NCBI GenBank assembly: GCA_004297735.1
Contig: SCTI01000001.1
Span: 51,467 to 115,466, forward strand
Direction: 5' to 3'
DNA length: 64,000 bases
DNA from: Patescibacteria group bacterium
GTDB taxonomy: Bacteria > Patescibacteriota > Saccharimonadia > UBA4664 > SCTI01
The position numbers and the translations under genes are program-made. How positions within the stretch are numbered: position 1 is the stretch's first letter; each line of letters begins with the position of its first letter. Below the pieces are notes generated by a model, which made no database searches, had not been told where the DNA came from, and saw nothing but the letters and a program-made list of their open reading frames with translations. This document shows positions 1 to 9,391 of this stretch, one piece after another.

Positions 1-67
1 CACCCAGTTTATGCACGAAGCGGCTCGCTACGTTATGGCTGAGCAGAAGAAAAATAATATTTCATAG
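1..67 (+). CDS. 3' end of an upstream gene truncated by the window edge (frame 2, ends TAG 65-67)
   Basis: Open frame from the window edge to a stop at 65-67. Too short to assign a function. Confidence 0.3.
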   Translation, partial: TQFMHEAARYVMAEQKKNNIS

Positions 68-82
68 TTAAAAACAGAGAAC

Positions 83-106
83 CCACCGAAGTGAGTCCTC
101 GGTGGG
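83..106 (-). terminator. intrinsic terminator hairpin (CCCACCGA/TCGGTGGG) for the minus gene ending at 108
   Basis: 8-bp GC stem. On the minus strand it is followed by a T-rich run (revcomp of aaaaacagagaa). Confidence 0.5.
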
Positions 107-107
107 T

Positions 108-557
108 CTAGGCGGTGGTGATGGTTGCTGCTGGGTCTGCGTTTGGCAGAGGGTCTTTCTTGCCGTCAACCCTAGCCTTGATTCGGGTGCATTTGTCGTC
201 GGCGTTGATGAACCAGTGACCGTGATGTAGGTCGGCGGCTCCCTTGCATAGCAGGGTATTGGTGGCATTGCCGCGCCGAACGTCGATCTTGTAGGTCACG
301 TAATCGTAATCCTCATGAGGATCGACGTCGTACCACCGTGGGTGATACTGCTCGATGAAGGCCAGCTTTTCGCGTTCATCGGCTTGAATCTGTGCTGCGT
401 GCTCTTGTTCGCTCGCCTCATCGCTGAGGTAGGGCGCGCGCATGATCAAGACGGCCATCACTATCGCTGTGCAAGCTACTCCAAACAGCAGGAGGATAGT
501 GCCCCTGTATTGACCCTGCGTATTCGGCTTTTGTCCGCTCGGATCCACTTTCACCAT
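108..557 (-). CDS. hypothetical membrane-anchored/secreted protein (149 aa)
   Basis: ORF with one N-terminal hydrophobic helix followed by a Cys-containing soluble domain. I recognise no family. Confidence 0.55.
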   Translation of the reverse strand: MVKVDPSGQKPNTQGQYRGTILLLFGVACTAIVMAVLIMRAPYLSDEASEQEHAAQIQADEREKLAFIEQYHPRWYDVDPHEDYDYVTYKIDVRRGNATNTLLCKGAADLHHGHWFINADDKCTRIKARVDGKKDPLPNADPAATITTA

Positions 558-653
558 AGCTATCTCAGTTTCTATCTCACTCGAGCGTGGAGATCAGACG
601 CATCTGTAAAAGATTAGTAACAATACCATTAAGTTATATATTTTACAAGTAGA

Positions 654-673
654 AGGCCCGCCGAAGCGGGCCT
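654..673 (-). terminator. GC hairpin (AGGCCCGC-GAAG-GCGGGCCT) downstream of the minus gene 678-1079
   Basis: Perfect 8-bp stem. The downstream T-run is weak. Confidence 0.35.
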
Positions 674-677
674 GTAA

Positions 678-1079
678 TCACTCAATGTGCCAGTTGGTCA
701 GTAGGCCGGTGTACCACTCATCGTTGTCGACAATCCACTTGGCGAACGTAACAATGTCGATGTGGCTGAAGTCCATGGTGTCAACAATTGGGGACAAGGT
801 GCTCAGTACGGCAAACCGAAGGAAGTCCTTGATCACCTCTCGGCAGGCCGGGTGGGCAAAGAAGGCTTTCAGCTCCTCCTCGCGCGGATGAAACTCGGTG
901 ACTTCTGGTGGCGACAGAATGCTGACTTCTTGCTCCGGGTGCTCCTTGGCGACCCGAATTGCGTCTTTCGCTCGATTGAGGGCCTCTTCCCCGCCTTCCG
1001 GGAACTGAGCCGGGTGAGTCTCGGCTCGTCGAATCAGTAGCTCAAGATCTTCAACCGAAATAGTGACAGCTTCAGTCAT
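678..1079 (-). CDS. hypothetical protein (about 133 aa)
   Basis: ORF 678-1112. I chose the internal ATG (MTEAVTISVEDL...) as start; the upstream start would be TTG. Confidence 0.5.
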   Translation of the reverse strand: MTEAVTISVEDLELLIRRAETHPAQFPEGGEEALNRAKDAIRVAKEHPEQEVSILSPPEVTEFHPREEELKAFFAHPACREVIKDFLRFAVLSTLSPIVDTMDFSHIDIVTFAKWIVDNDEWYTGLLTNWHIE

Positions 1080-1464
1080 TGTTATCGTCTTTCTGTGGGT
1101 ATTGGCTTTCAATTAGCTGATCAAGCTGGGCTATCTCGCCTTGGAGCTGTGTGGACGGCACGAGAAAGTAGACCCAGACGCCATGGCCCTTTTGGGCGCT
1201 TGAACGACCAAACTCCTTACGTCGGTCAAGAATCCCTTTGTGACGAAGCAGTTCAAGGGTTTGATAGGTGGTTTGCCAGCTCCATACCTTAAAGCCGGTC
1301 TCTCCATAGATGACATCGGTTTCTTCGTTTGGGTAGCCGCGGTTGCTGCCGTGTAGGACTGGGACTTCAGCGTGCAGTTCTGAGGCGGTCATATCCCGGC
1401 CATCCATCATTTCTAGAATGATGCTGCTCCGCTCTTCACTCGACATGCTCTGACGGCTTGCCAT
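1072..1464 (-). CDS. winged-helix transcriptional regulator, PadR/BlaI-like
   Basis: Start chosen at M39 of the ORF, with GAGG 5 nt upstream. The motif W-x-TTYQTLELLRHKGILD resembles the PadR/BlaI recognition-helix and wing region. Confidence 0.45.
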   Translation of the reverse strand: MASRQSMSSEERSSIILEMMDGRDMTASELHAEVPVLHGSNRGYPNEETDVIYGETGFKVWSWQTTYQTLELLRHKGILDRRKEFGRSSAQKGHGVWVYFLVPSTQLQGEIAQLDQLIESQYPQKDDNND

Positions 1465-1531
1465 TTTGACCTCGGTGCTCGTAGTTGTACGCACATCTGT
1501 TATAACACGCTTAAATGGTAGAATATAGTCA

Positions 1532-3019
1532 ATGAAAGTTACCGAAGCGGTTAAGGAAAAGTTAAAACAACTTCCCAAGGAGCCCGGCGTCTACTTTATG
1601 AAGGACGAGGCGGGGAAGATTATTTACATTGGCAAGGCGGCGATTTTAAAGAACCGAGTCAGTTCATATTTCCAGACTCGCAAGGATCGTGACGTAAAGA
1701 CCGAGATCTTGGTAGGCAAGATTGCCAACTTGGACTGGATAACGGTTGATAGTGAGGTTGAGGCGCTCTTTTTGGAGTCCGAGTTCATTAAGCGCTACAT
1801 GCCGCAGTACAACATCGACCTGCGTGATGATAAGCATTTTTTGTACATCCGGATTCCGATGAAGGATGAGTGGCCGGTGATTAGTTTTGTGCGCCGCCCG
1901 CTGGATGATGGAGCCGATTACTTTGGGCCGTACACTGGTGGCGGTGACGCGATCCGCAAGGCGATGCGTCAGCTGCGCAAGGTGTTCCCGTACGTGACTC
2001 ACCCAGTGAGCCCAATGCCTAAGCGGGGTTGCTTGCAGTTCCATTTGGGATTGTGTCCGGGGCCGGAGGAGAACGCAATTAGCTCGAGTGATTATAAGCG
2101 TAGTCTACGCCGGCTAATGATGTACTTTCGCGGTGAGAAAACCAAGTTGATGAAAGATCTTGAAAAGGAGATGCAGCAGGCGGCCAAAAAGAAGGATTTT
2201 GAGTTGGCCGGGGAGCGGCGAGATCAGCTGCGGAATTTGGAAGCGCTGGGTAGGCAGATGATATTTGGTGACAAGGAGACCTTTGATCTGACGCTGGACC
2301 AGGCTCTGGTTGGCTTGTCGGATCGATTGGGCCTTAAAGGGATGCCACGGCGGATGGAGGCCTATGATATCTCGCATTTTCAGGGCACCGACAACGTGGC
2401 CAGTATGGTGGTGTTTCAAGATGGGGTGCCGAACAAGGAGGAGTATCGTCGGTTCAAGATGCGAGTTCCCGGTAATGACGATTTTGCTCACATGCGCGAG
2501 GTGATTCGGCGGCGGTTTAGCGGTAAGAACCTGGAGAAATGGCCAAAGCCCGATTTGGTGTTAATTGACGGTGGTAAGGGGCAGCTGGGGGCTGCACTGG
2601 GTGTGATGGATGAGCTGGGAATTGATATTCCGGCAATTGGTTTAGCTAAGCGCGAGGAAGAGATTATTCGCCGAGGCGATGGTTCTCGGATTGATCCGGA
2701 TAAGGCCGGTGACGAAAGGTGGGTGGAGCAGCATGTTAAGTACGAGCTGATTGTGTTGCCGCATAGTTCGCACGTGTTGCAGTTGCTACAGCGGATTCGC
2801 GACGAAGCGCACCGGTTTGCGGTGACCTACCATAGCCTGCTGCGTGGTAAGCGGCAGACCAGCTCGCTACTAGATGGTATCCCGGGCGTGGGGCCGGCAA
2901 CTCGAAAACTACTAGTTAAACGATTTGGCAGCGTGGCTGGGGTTAAGCAGGCTAGTTTTGAGGAGTTGGTCGCGGCGGTTGGTCGATCGCGAGCCGAGTC
3001 AATATCGCGCCATTTATGA
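1532..3019 (+). CDS. uvrC: excinuclease ABC subunit C (UvrC), short form
   Basis: N-terminal GIY-YIG motif (GVYFMKDEAGKIIYIGKA). UvrC-type central endonuclease region. C-terminal HhH (LLDGIPGVGPATRKLL). TAGAAT -10 box 7 nt before the ATG, so leaderless. Confidence 0.9.
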   Translation: MKVTEAVKEKLKQLPKEPGVYFMKDEAGKIIYIGKAAILKNRVSSYFQTRKDRDVKTEILVGKIANLDWITVDSEVEALFLESEFIKRYMPQYNIDLRDDKHFLYIRIPMKDEWPVISFVRRPLDDGADYFGPYTGGGDAIRKAMRQLRKVFPYVTHPVSPMPKRGCLQFHLGLCPGPEENAISSSDYKRSLRRLMMYFRGEKTKLMKDLEKEMQQAAKKKDFELAGERRDQLRNLEALGRQMIFGDKETFDLTLDQALVGLSDRLGLKGMPRRMEAYDISHFQGTDNVASMVVFQDGVPNKEEYRRFKMRVPGNDDFAHMREVIRRRFSGKNLEKWPKPDLVLIDGGKGQLGAALGVMDELGIDIPAIGLAKREEEIIRRGDGSRIDPDKAGDERWVEQHVKYELIVLPHSSHVLQLLQRIRDEAHRFAVTYHSLLRGKRQTSSLLDGIPGVGPATRKLLVKRFGSVAGVKQASFEELVAAVGRSRAESISRHL

Positions 3020-3032
3020 TATTATTAAAGCC

Positions 3033-3404
3033 ATGAGCGCACCTGTAGTTTACGTAATTGATGATGATACCGCCCTGCGCACAGCTTACGCTTCGGCGTT
3101 ACACAAGCTGGGTCTGGAGGTTGAGACCGGTACCGATGGTCTTGAGGCTAAGGAGCTGGTTCAAAAGGCGACACCCGACATCATGCTTCTTGATATGTTG
3201 ATGCCAAACATGGACGGTTTAACCTTTTTGCATTATTTGCGGGAACACGCTAAATATGACGATGTTTTGGTAGTGGTGGCCAGTAATTTTCCGACCATGC
3301 CAGAACTGGACGGCTTGAGGGTATCGAAGTTTCTGCCAAAGCAAAAACACACACCAGAACAGGTGGCCGAAGCCGTAGCGGAAATTGTAAAGGCCAAGGT
3401 ATGA
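3033..3404 (+). CDS. single-domain response regulator (CheY-like receiver)
   Basis: Acidic pocket VIDDD... and LLDMLMP phospho-acceptor Asp region with a conserved K. No output domain. Confidence 0.7.
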   Translation: MSAPVVYVIDDDTALRTAYASALHKLGLEVETGTDGLEAKELVQKATPDIMLLDMLMPNMDGLTFLHYLREHAKYDDVLVVVASNFPTMPELDGLRVSKFLPKQKHTPEQVAEAVAEIVKAKV

Positions 3405-3769
3405 TTCGAACCTTCTTGCTGCGCTGGATGATAAACTTTTTAGGTTTGTGGGCGGCCGCCTCAATCCTTTCGGGAGTGAACTACCAGGGGGAGATTCAGG
3501 TGGTGGTAATTGCGGCTCTAATTTTTTCGATCATCAATGCTTTTATTCGCCCTTTGGTGGTTTTACTGGCGCTACCGGCCATTGTGTTGACATTAGGGCT
3601 CTTTACCTTGGTGGTAAATGCCTTTATGCTGTATCTGGTTACAGTATTTTACGATTCGTTCCAGGTTAGCTCGTTCTGGCAGGCCCTAGTGGCTGTTGGC
3701 ATTGTCTGGATCGTCAACTATCTGTTCACTGATTTAATTGAAGGAGGCAAGCGTGCGAACGCTGTTTAA
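3401..3769 (+). CDS. phage holin family 4 / YvlD-like 4-TM membrane protein
   Basis: Motif INAFIRPLVVLLALPAIVLTLGLFTLVVNAFML is typical of the Phage_holin_4_2 family. Four TM helices. Confidence 0.6.
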   Translation: MIRTFLLRWMINFLGLWAAASILSGVNYQGEIQVVVIAALIFSIINAFIRPLVVLLALPAIVLTLGLFTLVVNAFMLYLVTVFYDSFQVSSFWQALVAVGIVWIVNYLFTDLIEGGKRANAV

Positions 3770-3977
3770 CTACATTAGCGTTATTTCGGGGCTATTGATG
3801 ATTGCGACCATTTTGTTGCAACAGCGTGGCTCAAGCCTGGGAGCTGGTTTTGGTGGTGGCGATACCGCTCTTTACCAAACCAAGCGAGGCGCCGAGAAGG
3901 TGTTTTATTACAGCACCATCTTTTTAGCGGTTATCTTTGTGGTATCGGTAGTGTTAAGTATTTTGGCTAAACGCTAA
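3753..3977 (+). CDS. secG: preprotein translocase subunit SecG
   Basis: GTG start after a GGAGG RBS. LLQQRGSSLGAGFGGG...RG...T..LA..F pattern of SecG. Two TM helices. Confidence 0.7.
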   Translation: MRTLFNYISVISGLLMIATILLQQRGSSLGAGFGGGDTALYQTKRGAEKVFYYSTIFLAVIFVVSVVLSILAKR

Positions 3978-3986
3978 AACCAAGCT

Positions 3987-5744
3987 ATGCTCACCTATCT
4001 CAAGTTTAAATGGCAACGAGTGGCTCGTAGGTGGTGGCGCAACGGCTTAAAGTCGATCACCACCGGTCGGGCCTACCTGCGATATCGAGTGTGGGGACGC
4101 TGGCAGCAGCTAGCCATGATTCGCCGCTTTGTGGTGGTTTGGTGGGCGATAGTTTTGGTTTGCGGCGTGGGTCTGTTGTGGCAGACGCGTCACGTGGTGG
4201 CCGAAAGCGCGGTGTTAAAGCCGTTAGCCGGCGGACGCTATACCGAGGCGGTGTTTGGGGATATGACAACAATCAATCCGATTCTGCCAACCACTAGCGC
4301 TGGGTCTGATGCCAGTCGCTTGGTGTTTAACGGCTTGACCGCTTTTAACACGCAGGGGGAGCTTAAGGGTGACTTAGCCGAACGCTGGGATGTTAGCCCG
4401 GACGGCAAAACCTATACCTTCCACTTACGCCAGGGCGTAACTTGGCACGATGGGGTGCCGTTTACATCGCAAGATGTGTTGTTTACACTAACCGCGATTC
4501 AGAACCCCGATACGCGTTCGCCGCTGGCCCCAACCTGGAAGGGTGTTACCGCCGAGGCGCCCGATGATCAAACGGTGGTGTTTAAGCTGCCCAAGCCGTA
4601 TACGCCTTTTGTTAACGCTACTACCGTTGGTATTTTGCCGCGGCATAGCTTGGAGCGGACCGAACCGCGGCTGCTGCGAATCAGTGATTTTAATCAGCAC
4701 CCAATCGGAACCGGTCCGTACCGAGTCCGCCAGCTGTATGCCGAGCGAGGAGAGCTAGAGCTGCAGGCTAATGGTGATTACTTTAAGGGTCAGCCCTACA
4801 TCCAAGCCATAGTCCTGCGTAGCTATGAGAGTTCTGATGATGCGCTCCAGGCCTACCGCCGCCGTCAGGTTATGGGCATTGCTCAGCTGCGCCCCGGACA
4901 GGTGTCAGAGGCCGCCGAAACAGGTACGCTTAAGCTGCACGAAGCCGGTGTTCCCGACAGAGTGGGAGTCTTCTTTAAAACTAAAAGCGGTATTACGTCA
5001 GATAAGGCGGTGAGAGCGGCATTAGCGCTGGCTACCGACCGGGGAGAGATCGTTAAGAACGAGTTTGACGGCTACGCCAGTACGGCTAGCAGCCCTTTAA
5101 TTGCTCCTAAAATGAGCTCGGTTGGCTTGGCTCAGCCTTCTCGCACCAATATTGAGGCGGCCAAAGCCAGTTTAGAGGCGGCCGGCTGGAAGGTTGGTGC
5201 CGATGGTGTAAGAACCAAAAACGGTCAGCCTTTGACGCTTAAGCTGGTTACTCAGTCACAAACCGCCTATGGCGCGGTAGCTCATCGGCTGCAAGAGCAG
5301 TGGCGGGCGGCAGGAGTAAAGCTGGAGGTAGAGGAGGTGTCGGCCGAAACCCTGCAACAAAGCCATATCCGCCCGCGCAACTACGATGTTTTACTCTACG
5401 CCATTAATCTTGGTGCCGACCCCGATGTTTATGCTTTTTGGCACAGCTCGCAGGCGGCTGACCCGGGCCTCAACCTGTCGACCTACAATTCGAAAACCGC
5501 CGATGCGGCCCTGGAGGCCGGCCGGATCGTGCGCGACGGCCCAACCCGCGCGGCCAAATACCGCAACTTTATTCAAGCTTGGGTCCAAGACACGCCGGCG
5601 ATTATGCTGTACACGCCTACATACATATACGCGGTTGATCGGGAGGTTAGGGGGATCGACATCAAGCGATTGGTCTACCCGTCGGATCGGTTTGACCAAG
5701 TTGAGCGGTGGTCGGTTCGGGTTCAGCCGGTCGCAGCCCGTTAG
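3987..5744 (+). CDS. ABC transporter substrate-binding protein, family 5 (peptide/nickel type), N-terminally membrane-anchored
   Basis: 585 aa with a DppA/OppA-like SBP_bac_5 architecture. Single N-terminal TM. Confidence 0.8.
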   Translation: MLTYLKFKWQRVARRWWRNGLKSITTGRAYLRYRVWGRWQQLAMIRRFVVVWWAIVLVCGVGLLWQTRHVVAESAVLKPLAGGRYTEAVFGDMTTINPILPTTSAGSDASRLVFNGLTAFNTQGELKGDLAERWDVSPDGKTYTFHLRQGVTWHDGVPFTSQDVLFTLTAIQNPDTRSPLAPTWKGVTAEAPDDQTVVFKLPKPYTPFVNATTVGILPRHSLERTEPRLLRISDFNQHPIGTGPYRVRQLYAERGELELQANGDYFKGQPYIQAIVLRSYESSDDALQAYRRRQVMGIAQLRPGQVSEAAETGTLKLHEAGVPDRVGVFFKTKSGITSDKAVRAALALATDRGEIVKNEFDGYASTASSPLIAPKMSSVGLAQPSRTNIEAAKASLEAAGWKVGADGVRTKNGQPLTLKLVTQSQTAYGAVAHRLQEQWRAAGVKLEVEEVSAETLQQSHIRPRNYDVLLYAINLGADPDVYAFWHSSQAADPGLNLSTYNSKTADAALEAGRIVRDGPTRAAKYRNFIQAWVQDTPAIMLYTPTYIYAVDREVRGIDIKRLVYPSDRFDQVERWSVRVQPVAAR

Positions 5745-5796
5745 GGTATAGCTCTAGCCGACAAAATAGGGTATAGTGGTGAGTCGTAGCCACCAA

Positions 5797-5882
5797 GGGC
5801 GAGTGGTGAAATGGTAGACACGCTAGATTCAGGTTCTAGTGAGCGCAAGCTCGTGGAGGTTCAAGTCCTCTCTCGCCCACCA
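5797..5882 (+). tRNA. tRNA-Leu(CAG)
   Basis: Acceptor GGGCGAG/CTCGCCC. Anticodon arm CTAGA-TTCAGGT-TCTAG. Long variable arm. T-arm GGAGG-TTCAAGT-CCTCT. Encoded CCA. Confidence 0.9.
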
Positions 5883-5936
5883 TTGCACTTATGCTTACCG
5901 TGTGAGATTATTTGAAATAATAAACATGGTTGCCAA

Positions 5937-6641
5937 ATGCTAAGAAAACAAAATGGGTTTACGGCCGTAGAAGGCGTCTTAGTAGTGTTGCTAATTGTAG
6001 CGATCGGCGCCGCCGGCTACTTTGCTTACCAAGTCAGAACTCAATCATCCGATCCAACCAGCCAGTCGCAGCCAAAAGCTAAAGCGGCACCCAAGGTCGA
6101 GCTAACGACTTATAGCTCAAAAACAATGCCTGGTGTCAGCTTTCAATATCCGCAAAACTGGAAGGTTGAGGAGAAAGTTGCCGGCGACCCAGGGAATGAG
6201 GGTGATGTTCCGTCTGCCGAAAAACTTACTCTAAGTAGTCCATCAGGAGCGGTTAAACTTACTTGGACTTCTGGGCTTGTTGGTATCGGCGGAGCTTGTA
6301 ATGATGGCTCCTATCCCGGTGATGATTTAGCTCTGTGCACCCTATATGAAGTTATTAACAGCCATAAGCTAAAAAATGCCAACCTATACTCTGTATCAGG
6401 TGTTTACACGCAGGTTGGCGATAGCCCGACGGCCTACCTGGCCATACAGGCAAGTGATGGCGTCATTAAGACGCGCCGCAGCTTTTCGGGCGAGTTAGTT
6501 AGCGGCGGCGAGGCGGGGGCTTACATGCTGGTAGTGTCACCTGTAGCAAAGTCTGCTACCAAGGCCGAGGCAGAGGCTGCACTCAAGAGTAGCGACATGG
6601 TTACCGGCCAAGCCATTATCGATTCATTTACTAAAAAGTAA
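5937..6641 (+). CDS. type IV pilin-like protein (class III signal peptide)
   Basis: N-terminus MLRKQNG|FTAVEG with a G at the prepilin cleavage site, F+1 and E+5, followed by a hydrophobic helix. Confidence 0.55.
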   Translation: MLRKQNGFTAVEGVLVVLLIVAIGAAGYFAYQVRTQSSDPTSQSQPKAKAAPKVELTTYSSKTMPGVSFQYPQNWKVEEKVAGDPGNEGDVPSAEKLTLSSPSGAVKLTWTSGLVGIGGACNDGSYPGDDLALCTLYEVINSHKLKNANLYSVSGVYTQVGDSPTAYLAIQASDGVIKTRRSFSGELVSGGEAGAYMLVVSPVAKSATKAEAEAALKSSDMVTGQAIIDSFTKK

Positions 6642-6733
6642 ATTTTAAAAGGCCCGACCTCCAAAAAGACTTGACACCACAAATAGTGGGTGTAGGGTAA
6701 ACGTAAGCACTATAAAATAAAAAGTTGCTATAA

Positions 6734-9076
6734 ATGCCCAAAAAATCAACAGGACTACTTAGAAGACGGCGATTTCGCAAGCGTGATCTGTTGTTCGTGG
6801 CGGCATTATTTTCGCTGGTTGGCATGCTGGCAATTATTAGCACCTTTGCAGCCACCTTTACTACGGTTGAGGCCGGCACTCTAAAGTACAACAAAGTAGC
6901 TAATATTGCTGGTCAAAACGGCGGCAGAGCGGCAGCCATGTACTGGGGCGCTACCGGCACCGGCAATGTTAGTTTGCCCACCAAAACTACCAGTGTAACG
7001 GTTTACGCTCGCGGCGATCAGTGTCAGGGCGCTCCGCAGATGACGTTAACGATTGACGGTCAACAGGTGGCTAACCAGGCGGTTACCGCCACCGGGTGGA
7101 AGGCTTACACCGTACCGGTAAATATTGAGGCCGGCAGTCATGCGCTAGCGGTTGGGTTTACCAATGATGCGGTGGTGGCAAATGGCAACAAAAACAACGT
7201 CACGACCTACTGCGATCGTAACCTGTACGTTGACCGTTTAGTATTTACCGGCCTGGACAAGCCGGCCACCTTAAGCACCAATGTAGAGGCGGAAATAATG
7301 AGCTCAAACTTGAGTCAGGTGGTAGATGGCTCGGTTAAGGACGGTAAGGCTCGAGCCTTTTACCAAAACGCGACTGCCAGTACCGGTGTGATACTGCCAA
7401 ACGCGGTCAACCAGATCAAGCTGGTAGCTAAGGGTGATCAGTGCCAGGGCGCACCAAACGTAAAGGTGACGGTTGATGGTAAGTCGGTGGTTAGTCGAGC
7501 CGTTACGGGGCGAAACTGGGGTGAGTATGTCTCGACGGTTAACATTCCAGCCGGTAGCCACAAGGTTGGCATTGAGTTTACCAATGATGTTTATATTGCC
7601 GCCACGCGCTGTGATCGCAACCTGTACGTTGACCGCTTGGTACTAACCGGACCGGCACCGGCACCAAAACCTCCAGTGGCTCAACCAGCCGCTAGTAAGC
7701 CGCCGACACCAACGGTGCCAACCACTCCAGCCGCTCAATCGGTAGCAACCTACAGCCCAACGGCACCGTATACCATCATCATGATTGGTTGGCGGCCGTA
7801 CGAAAAAGAGTATGCCCAGCTGGCGAATACCAAGACCAACTTGGTTTATCGATCGATTGAACGTACACCAAACGGCCAAGGCAAGTGGCCCAAGCTGGAT
7901 CAGTGGGAGGCAGCCAACTACCGTTACTACAACAATGTGGCTGGATCCGACTGGGCTTCGAGCGGGGCCGGTGGTGCCTGTAAGAACATCAACCTGGCCT
8001 ACATGGACCAGCGTTACAGCGACGAGTTGCTCCAGCGTAAAGGCAATATTGGCTACTATATGCACGAGATGGTGGCGCTGAATGCGGCTTGTAACGGCTG
8101 GAACTGGACGGCGGCGGCTCAATCAATCGACTGGGCCAGGATTAACAACTGGATGCTGCAAGCTAAGGCGCAAAACAAAAAGGTGATATGGTCGGAGCCG
8201 GCTCAGGGCTGGAACGCCATCCGCTCAAACCCGACCTTCCAGGCGGTAGCGCCGTACTGGAAAGAGTCAATGGTGCCAATGTTTGCCACCAACTTCCGCA
8301 CCCCATCTTTCAATCATGTGCCATACGCTCGCGATGGAGCCACGGCGGTGGCGCGACAGTTTGGCACCCCAGTAGGTGAAAGCGTGCAGTCCTGGTACTT
8401 CCGTGAAGGCTACAACGACTTAACCACCAGTGCTACGGTCGGCTTGGCCAACTACGGGCTAGAGGTTGGTTCAACCTATTACCAAATTGAAGGTACCTAT
8501 GGCGATATGGCTTGGGGCACCGACTACATGAAGGGCATTCTGGCCTTTAGCAAAACATTAGGTCCGGCCGGCAGCCCGGTGCCTGCTCCCGTGGTGGTTG
8601 TGCCTCCGGTGGCGGCGTCGCAGTCAACCGTCGCTAAAAAGCCGCTCTACCAGCTTTGGAACAACGTTACTTCGGACCACATGTACACCACTAGCGAGAC
8701 CGAAAAGAATCAACTTATTGCCACTAAAGGTTACGTCGACCAAGGTATCGCCGGGTACGTTTACGAAAAATCGGTACCAGGCAGCGTACCGCTATATCGC
8801 CTTTATTCGGCTAATTTAACCGATCACTTTTACACCAACAGCGAAACCCAGCGCAGCCAGGCTAAAGCCGGCGGCGGCCGGTATGTCGATGAGGGTATAA
8901 CCGGGTACGTTATGACCAGCCAGGTATCTGGTACCACACCACTGTACCAACTTTATAGCGGCGGGTATCCGGATCACTTTTACACCACTCAAACCTGGTC
9001 GCGTGATAGCGCCAAAGCCTCGTTCCGCAAGTATGTTGAGCAGGGCAATGCCGGCTACGTCTTTGTTAAACCCTAG
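6734..9076 (+). CDS. large secreted multidomain protein: two duplicated beta-sandwich (CBM-like) modules, a Pro-rich linker, a central domain and three C-terminal DUF5648-like repeats
   Basis: An internal module of about 130 aa containing CDRNLYVDRLV is duplicated. Linker PAPAPKPP. Three repeats of PLYxLYS...DHFYTTS...GYV. Signal anchor at the N-terminus. Confidence 0.7.
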   Translation: MPKKSTGLLRRRRFRKRDLLFVAALFSLVGMLAIISTFAATFTTVEAGTLKYNKVANIAGQNGGRAAAMYWGATGTGNVSLPTKTTSVTVYARGDQCQGAPQMTLTIDGQQVANQAVTATGWKAYTVPVNIEAGSHALAVGFTNDAVVANGNKNNVTTYCDRNLYVDRLVFTGLDKPATLSTNVEAEIMSSNLSQVVDGSVKDGKARAFYQNATASTGVILPNAVNQIKLVAKGDQCQGAPNVKVTVDGKSVVSRAVTGRNWGEYVSTVNIPAGSHKVGIEFTNDVYIAATRCDRNLYVDRLVLTGPAPAPKPPVAQPAASKPPTPTVPTTPAAQSVATYSPTAPYTIIMIGWRPYEKEYAQLANTKTNLVYRSIERTPNGQGKWPKLDQWEAANYRYYNNVAGSDWASSGAGGACKNINLAYMDQRYSDELLQRKGNIGYYMHEMVALNAACNGWNWTAAAQSIDWARINNWMLQAKAQNKKVIWSEPAQGWNAIRSNPTFQAVAPYWKESMVPMFATNFRTPSFNHVPYARDGATAVARQFGTPVGESVQSWYFREGYNDLTTSATVGLANYGLEVGSTYYQIEGTYGDMAWGTDYMKGILAFSKTLGPAGSPVPAPVVVVPPVAASQSTVAKKPLYQLWNNVTSDHMYTTSETEKNQLIATKGYVDQGIAGYVYEKSVPGSVPLYRLYSANLTDHFYTNSETQRSQAKAGGGRYVDEGITGYVMTSQVSGTTPLYQLYSGGYPDHFYTTQTWSRDSAKASFRKYVEQGNAGYVFVKP

Positions 9077-9363
9077 TTAGTTTTATCGGAGTCTTTCGGT
9101 TTGTCTTTGTCTGGACGATGGATTTGTACGTCTTGCTTTAACGCCTTGGTGGCCTGCTGGGCCATACGTTCAATATGGTTGCGTGTGTGATGCAGCCAGC
9201 GCCGGGCCCATTCAAACTCAAGCGCTAAAATAGCCAAGCCGGCAGCTATCACCACAAAGCCGGGACCGGGCAGGGGGATTAGGGCAATTCCGATGGCAAT
9301 AACCGGTATGCCAATGGTTAAAATTAGGATTCGCTTGCTAAACTGATAAATTCGCCTGCGCAT
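9073..9363 (-). CDS. PGPGW-motif small transmembrane protein
   Basis: LIPLPGPGFVVI motif between two TM helices. Start MRRRIYQF. Confidence 0.55.
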   Translation of the reverse strand: MRRRIYQFSKRILILTIGIPVIAIGIALIPLPGPGFVVIAAGLAILALEFEWARRWLHHTRNHIERMAQQATKALKQDVQIHRPDKDKPKDSDKTN

Positions 9364-9391
9364 AGCTGTATTGTATCGTATAATACAGCTT

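Noticed and set aside
1664-2044. Antisense ORFs embedded in well-supported genes (for example 1664-2044 and 2114-2491 in uvrC, 7643-8122, 10078-10584, 31302-31808 and 32126-32677 in ligA, 39370-40920 in dnaE, 55504-55901 and 56320-56757 in PBP1A)
   Set aside because: They overlap strongly recognisable coding regions on the opposite strand, lack RBSs, and have low-complexity or biased composition typical of shadow ORFs.
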